From the NCBI GenBank assembly GCA_944388725.1, contig CALXJW010000002.1, forward strand, positions 1 through 39,707: DNA of 39,707 bases, written 5' to 3'. Positions 35,202-39,707 of this stretch are shown here, one piece after another. How positions within the stretch are numbered: the first letter of the stretch is position 1; each line of letters starts with the position of its first letter. The stretch comes from an uncultured Clostridia bacterium (lineage in GTDB: Bacteria; Bacillota; Clostridia; TANB77; CAG-508). The position numbers and the translations under genes are program-made. The notes beneath the pieces are model-generated. The model was not told where the DNA came from, did no database searches, and worked only from the letters and a program-made list of their open reading frames with translations.

Positions 35202-36233
35202 CTATCTTCTTTTTCTAGAATTTGCCAATATTGTTTTTAATTTTTCTAAATCTTGTAACATTTTGCTTGTTCCTTTTACAACACAATCTAATGGTTCCTC
35301 TGCTATATATACTGGCATTCCTGTTTCTAAACTTATAAGCTTGTCTAAATTTTGTATTAATGCTCCTCCGCCAGATAAAACAATACCTTTTTCCATTATA
35401 TCTGAAGCTAACTCAGGTGGAGTTTTTTCTAAAGTCGCTTTTACTAATTCTAAAATTTTGTTTATTGACTCTTGCATAGCTACTTCTATTTGTGTTGATG
35501 TTATTACTTCTGTTTTTGGTAATCCATCATTCAAACTTCTTCCTTTTATTTCCATTGACATTTCAGTCATTAGTGGCATTGCACATCCTAATTGCTTTTT
35601 AATTTGCTCAGCAGTTGATTCTCCTATTGCTAGATTAAACTCTTTTTTCACATAATTTATAATATCTTGATCTAATTCGTCTCCGGCAACTCTTAAAGAA
35701 TTACTTATTACAATACCCCCTAATGATATAACAGCTATTTCTGTTGTTCCTCCTCCAATATCTACTATGATATTTCCACTAGGTTCTTCTATTTCCACTC
35801 CAGCTCCTATTGCTGCAGCCATAGGTTCTTCTATTAAATAAACTTCTCTCGCCCCTGCATGTAGAATTGTATCTTCAACTGCTCTTTCTTCAACTTCTGT
35901 TATACCAGATGGTACCCCCACAATAACTCTTGGTCTAATTACATTGTATTTTTTACATATTTTTCCTAATATATCCTTAACTAAAAGTTTTGTTGCAGTC
36001 AAATCTGCGATAACACCATCTTTTAATGGTTTTATCGCTTTTATTTCTTTTGGTGTTCTTCCCAACATTTCTTTCGCTTCAAATCCTGTTGCTATCACTT
36101 CTCCTGTTTTAACATCTATTGATATAACTGATGGCTCTCTTAAAATTATTCCTTTTCCTTTTACTGTTACTAATATATTTGCAGTTCCTAAATCTATTCC
36201 AATATCTTTAGATTTGAATGACAAAAAATTCAT
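35202..36233 (-). CDS. mreB: rod shape-determining actin homologue MreB
   Basis: 'IGIDLGTANILV', 'DIGGGTTEIAVISLGG' and 'GIVLSGGGALI'. Confidence 0.95.
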   Translation of the reverse strand: MNFLSFKSKDIGIDLGTANILVTVKGKGIILREPSVISIDVKTGEVIATGFEAKEMLGRTPKEIKAIKPLKDGVIADLTATKLLVKDILGKICKKYNVIRPRVIVGVPSGITEVEERAVEDTILHAGAREVYLIEEPMAAAIGAGVEIEEPSGNIIVDIGGGTTEIAVISLGGIVISNSLRVAGDELDQDIINYVKKEFNLAIGESTAEQIKKQLGCAMPLMTEMSMEIKGRSLNDGLPKTEVITSTQIEVAMQESINKILELVKATLEKTPPELASDIMEKGIVLSGGGALIQNLDKLISLETGMPVYIAEEPLDCVVKGTSKMLQDLEKLKTILANSRKRR

Positions 36234-36253
36234 ATTATTTCTTTCCTTTCATT

Positions 36254-36946
36254 TTATGCTCTTTGTGAAAAAATACTTATATAATTATTTTTTCCTATTA
36301 CAATATGATCTAGTAATTGTATCCCAAGTATTTCAGATGCTTTTTCTACTTTTTTTGTAAACTCTATATCAGCATTACTTGGTGTTGGATCTCCACTTGG
36401 ATGATTATGTATTAATATTATCTTAGCAGCTTCTACTTTTACTGCTTCATTTAATACCGATTTAATTGTTGTTACTACAAAATTACCACTACCTATTGCA
36501 ATATCTTTTATTTTTAACAGATGATTTCTATTATCTAATATTGCTACTTTTAATATCTCTTGTTTTTCAAATCTCATTTTTTCTATTAGTATTTCAGCTA
36601 TATCTTGTGGTTTTTTTATTTGCTTTTGCTTATAATTTGTTACTGTATTCATTCTTGATGCTATTTCACATACTGCTTTTATTTGTATTGCTTTTACTTT
36701 TCCAATTCCTTTTATTTTCATAAATTCTTCTACTGTTAGTTCTCTCAAAAAATTAAGATTATCTTTTTCTTGGTTATTGTTTAATTTTAATATTTTTTGT
36801 GCTAATCCTAATGCCGTTTCTTCTTTTGTTCCTGCTTTTATTATTATTGCTAGTAATTCTGCATTTGTTAGTGTTTTTTCTCCATATAGTTCCAACTTTT
36901 CATAAGGTCTTTCCGATTTTGGTAATTCTTTCATTTTTATTGGCAA
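36254..36946 (-). CDS. radC: RadC-family JAB-domain protein
   Basis: HhH 'IKGIGKVKAIQI' and JAMM motif 'HNHPSGDPTPS'. It is in the canonical position upstream of mreB. Confidence 0.9.
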   Translation of the reverse strand: MPIKMKELPKSERPYEKLELYGEKTLTNAELLAIIIKAGTKEETALGLAQKILKLNNNQEKDNLNFLRELTVEEFMKIKGIGKVKAIQIKAVCEIASRMNTVTNYKQKQIKKPQDIAEILIEKMRFEKQEILKVAILDNRNHLLKIKDIAIGSGNFVVTTIKSVLNEAVKVEAAKIILIHNHPSGDPTPSNADIEFTKKVEKASEILGIQLLDHIVIGKNNYISIFSQRA

Positions 36947-37166
36947 TTTTCTTTCCTCCGCTTCTTTATTGCCCCCTATAAACTTTTACCGTGCTAATAT
37001 TATATATTGAATTTACTTTTTTTTCAAGTATTATATTACTTTTTATACATATATTTTTACTAATATTTATAATTAATTATTTTATTTTATATTCATAATT
37101 GGAAAAATTTACTTCTTTAATTATATTAAAATACATAGTATAATAAAATTATAACGGAGGTTTTAA

Positions 37167-37748
37167 ATGAAATTTGAAAAAATAACTGATAAAAAAATAA
37201 AGATTACTCTTTCTTTTTATGATTTAGAATCAAATAATATTTCAATTAACACTGTTTTTTCTGATTCAAGTCATTCAGAAAAATTATTACAATCTCTACT
37301 TAATATAGCACAACAAGAAATAGGTTTTAAAACAGATGATTCTAAATTACTTGTAGAAATACTTTTTTCCTCTGACAAAACTTGTACTTTTACAATTACA
37401 AAATTAGTTGAAAAAGATTTAATTTTAAAAAATAATTTTGATTATTTTATTTTTGAATTTGATAATTTTGAAAATTTTATAAGTTTATGTTATTTTGTTA
37501 AAAATATGAATGATTTAGAGTTAAGTACTTTTTCTAATAATTTTTCCTTAACATTATATAATAATACATATTATTTACAAGCAATAGATATATATAGTTT
37601 CTATACTTTACTTGATTATATGAAACCTATTTTTTCTGAATTTGGAAAAAATGTTTCTAGTAATTTAAATCTTCACGGTATTTTAAATGAATATGGAAAA
37701 AAGATTTTCGAAAATAATGCATTTTTGCAGTGTATTAACAAATTTTAA
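37167..37748 (+). CDS. mecA: MecA-family adaptor protein
   Basis: The N-terminus 'MKFEKITDKKIKITLSFYDLE' and C-terminal 'LYNNTYYLQ...LNEYGKKIFENNAFLQCINKF' follow the MecA pattern as I recall it from Bacillus subtilis. RBS 'ggagg'. Confidence 0.7.
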   Translation: MKFEKITDKKIKITLSFYDLESNNISINTVFSDSSHSEKLLQSLLNIAQQEIGFKTDDSKLLVEILFSSDKTCTFTITKLVEKDLILKNNFDYFIFEFDNFENFISLCYFVKNMNDLELSTFSNNFSLTLYNNTYYLQAIDIYSFYTLLDYMKPIFSEFGKNVSSNLNLHGILNEYGKKIFENNAFLQCINKF

Positions 37749-37773
37749 AAGGCAGTTTTCAAACTGCCTTTTG
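37747..37773. terminator. bidirectional terminator between mecA and the M23 peptidase gene
   Basis: AAGGCAGT (37749-37756) pairs with ACTGCCTT (37763-37770). It is flanked by an A-run and a T-run. Confidence 0.7.
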
Positions 37774-37774
37774 T

Positions 37775-38770
37775 CTAATACACATAATATTGCGGATTAT
37801 ATGCTACTCCGTTTAATCTTATTTCTAAATGTAAGTGTGGTCCTGTAGAATTGCCTGTACTTCCAACAGCTGCTATTGCTTGTCCTTGTTCTACATATGT
37901 ACCTGCTTGATAATATAATTTACTACAATGTCCATAATATGTTTCCAAACCATTTCCGTGATTGATAATTATTAAATATCCTAATGAGCCTTTATATCCT
38001 GAGAAAGTTATTGTTCCTGAAGCTGCAGCTTTTATTGGAGTCCCAGATTTAGTTGCTATATCTAGTCCAGTATGTGCTCCTGATCTAACACTACTTATTG
38101 ATCCAAAACGTGATGTTATTATTCCAGATATTGGTCTTATAAAATTTGTTCCAATTGATACTTGTTGATAAGACATACCTGATTTTGTGCTTAATTTCCC
38201 TGTAGTAACTGGTTTTTTTACCACCTCAACTTTTTTCACATATAAATCTGCAACAGCTTTTTCTACTGTTGTAAAATCTTTTAATTCTGTTTCATATAAT
38301 TCTAGAATAGATATATCATCAATATTGTTACTATTTTTTTCTTTTAATTGTTTTACAATTTCTTCTGCTGTTTGGAAATCTGAAACGTATGCTTTTTCTG
38401 TTTCACCCTCTAATATTGCATAATATTTATAATATGCTATCCCACTTTGTTTTACCATTTCATATATTTCATCATCATTTGTGACAATATTTCTTTTTAA
38501 TAAACATAGTTTATATTCTGGCATATTATTTACTTGAACAAATGCTATATTACTGTTTTCTTCTTCTTCTCCATTTTCAATAAATGAATTTATTTTTGAT
38601 TGTAATGCACTTTTGTCTTTACTATAGCCAACAAACTCTCCATTTATTGTTACACTATAAATTGGTTTAAAAAATAATGCTACTGCACATATTATTAGAA
38701 AAATAGATATAGCCACTAGTATTACAAATTTCATTGATTTTCTTGTAAATACTAATATATGTTTAACCAT
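37775..38770 (-). CDS. membrane-anchored M23-family metalloendopeptidase
   Basis: N-terminal TM helix and a C-terminal LytM domain with 'HTGLDIA' and 'GPHLHLEI'. Confidence 0.85.
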   Translation of the reverse strand: MVKHILVFTRKSMKFVILVAISIFLIICAVALFFKPIYSVTINGEFVGYSKDKSALQSKINSFIENGEEEENSNIAFVQVNNMPEYKLCLLKRNIVTNDDEIYEMVKQSGIAYYKYYAILEGETEKAYVSDFQTAEEIVKQLKEKNSNNIDDISILELYETELKDFTTVEKAVADLYVKKVEVVKKPVTTGKLSTKSGMSYQQVSIGTNFIRPISGIITSRFGSISSVRSGAHTGLDIATKSGTPIKAAASGTITFSGYKGSLGYLIIINHGNGLETYYGHCSKLYYQAGTYVEQGQAIAAVGSTGNSTGPHLHLEIRLNGVAYNPQYYVY

Positions 38771-38947
38771 TATTTTCTCTCCTTTTTACATATTTTTTTA
38801 TATTTTATATTATTTTATATTATTTTTTCAATTTTTCTTTTTGATATTATTACTCTTTTTTTCTCATTATATCGCCTTTTTGCTTGCTTATCTTTATTTT
38901 TTCTCCATTTTAAAAAGTCACTAATTTTATTAAATTAGTGACTTTGT

Positions 38948-39196
38948 TTAACCTTGTTGCAATTCAGTCTTTAATGTTTCTATCTCTGTTATTGTAGCTT
39001 TTTGTGCAGGTTTATAATAACCTTTTGCATTGGCTACTTTAAATAATTCATACTGAAAACTTTCATCATTATTTCTTATTTGTTGAAATGTTTGTCTTAA
39101 TTGCATATTTTCTGTTTCAGATATTGCAGTTTGATATGCATTTAAATCTGATTTCACATTGCCTAATATATCGTTTACCATTGTTTTTTCATCCAT
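38948..39196 (-). CDS. CotF-like spore coat protein
   Basis: 82 aa. 'VNDILGNVKSDLNAYQTAISETENMQLRQTF' matches the Coat-F domain pattern. A terminator hairpin, AAAGTCACTAATTT/AAATTAGTGACTTT (about 38921-38954), overlaps the stop codon. Confidence 0.7.
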   Translation of the reverse strand: MDEKTMVNDILGNVKSDLNAYQTAISETENMQLRQTFQQIRNNDESFQYELFKVANAKGYYKPAQKATITEIETLKTELQQG

Positions 39197-39214
39197 TTAT
39201 ATCATTCCTCCTAA

Positions 39215-39403
39215 TTAATTATTTAAAAAACTCATCAATTTTTGTTTTGTATTTAATGCATCTTGAGCTGCTTTCGTAAACATTTGTCTTATTTGAGCAT
39301 CTTGAACTTGTCCTGAATACGTATTTAATTTTTGATATGCTGTTTCATGTGCTCCTATTAAATGTCTTAAATGTTGTAATTCTGATTGTGTTAAATTTGC
39401 CAT
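39215..39403 (-). CDS. small spore-coat-associated protein (partner of the CotF-like gene)
   Basis: 62 aa from the ATG at 39403, which follows 'aaagggtga'. It is helical and Gln-rich, and lies 18 nt upstream of the CotF-like gene. Confidence 0.55.
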   Translation of the reverse strand: MANLTQSELQHLRHLIGAHETAYQKLNTYSGQVQDAQIRQMFTKAAQDALNTKQKLMSFLNN

Positions 39404-39518
39404 TACTATCACCCTTTCTTAATTTTTATATTGATATTATGCACATATTTATACATTTTATTCCAAAAATAAAAGTATAACTACCAAAATATAAAATTCG
39501 ATAGTTATACTAATACAT

Positions 39519-39707
39519 TTATAATATTTCTAAATTTGCGAATTTCGCCATTAATCTTTTATGACCTACTTTATCAAAATTGATATCTACTTTTAAATCG
39601 TCTCCCTCTTCTTCTACATAATTAATAGTTCCTTCTCCAAATTTCTTATGATAAACTCTTGCACCTGATTGATATGCACTAAAATCTACATTTGAAGTTT
39701 CTACTTT
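39519..39707 (-). CDS. pcrA: 3' end of a PcrA/UvrD-type ATP-dependent DNA helicase (partial; 5' end lies outside the window)
   Basis: My hand translation gives '...GARVYHKKFGEGTINYVEEEGDDLKVDINFDKVGHKRLMAKFANLEIL*', the characteristic PcrA C-terminal Tudor-like tail. Confidence 0.7.
   Translation of the reverse strand, partial: KVETSNVDFSAYQSGARVYHKKFGEGTINYVEEEGDDLKVDINFDKVGHKRLMAKFANLEIL

Noticed and set aside
38785-38835. Short AT-only direct repeats (tatattttatattattttatattatt) upstream of the M23 peptidase gene, considered as a CRISPR or tandem-repeat candidate
   Set aside because: This is simple low-complexity AT sequence, with no spacer-repeat architecture. No CRISPR-like array exists anywhere in the window.

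Overview
This is a very AT-rich chromosomal segment, roughly 25-30% G+C by eye. It looks like an endospore-forming Firmicute of the Clostridia type, because it carries spoIIE, CotF-like coat genes and a PdaB-like deacetylase. Almost all genes lie on the minus strand and are housekeeping. From the right end they are: pcrA 3' end (partial), two small coat-protein genes, an M23 peptidase, mecA (+), radC-mreB-mreC-mreD-mrdA-minC, a convergent pair of small plus-strand genes, and spoIIE with two tightly coupled unknown genes. Next come acpS, tatD, a family-4 UDG, a GltD-like oxidoreductase, a lone plus-strand HEXXH protein, a membrane protein and an AlkD-like repair protein. These are followed by a DtxR-like repressor with a two-gene SufC/SufB-like module, a small XRE regulator (+), a polysaccharide deacetylase, a tandem-OB SSB-like protein and a large membrane protein with rluD. 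A G+C-anomalous ~3.3 kb insertion follows, then rluB, an S1-domain / replication-relaxation-like two-gene operon, tRNA-Arg(TCT), nagZ, an M18 aminopeptidase (+), a YhfW-like FAD/Rieske oxidoreductase and a dGTPase-like HD protein (+). I found no CRISPR array, rRNA, transposase or integrase. The best candidate for something undescribed is the foreign-composition insertion at about 8010-11363. It holds an unlisted 56-aa hydrophobic peptide gene with a consensus promoter, a structured leader and its own terminator. It also holds a Nudix hydrolase with an extra N-terminal domain, a 0.84 kb coding-free spacer and a 387-aa protein with no motif I recognise. Secondary candidates are the S1 / replication-relaxation-like operon beside the tRNA, the two unknown genes apparently co-transcribed with spoIIE, and the isolated HEXXH protein followed by a 15-bp periodic repeat array. 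All functional assignments come from motif recognition in the supplied translations. No database search was possible.
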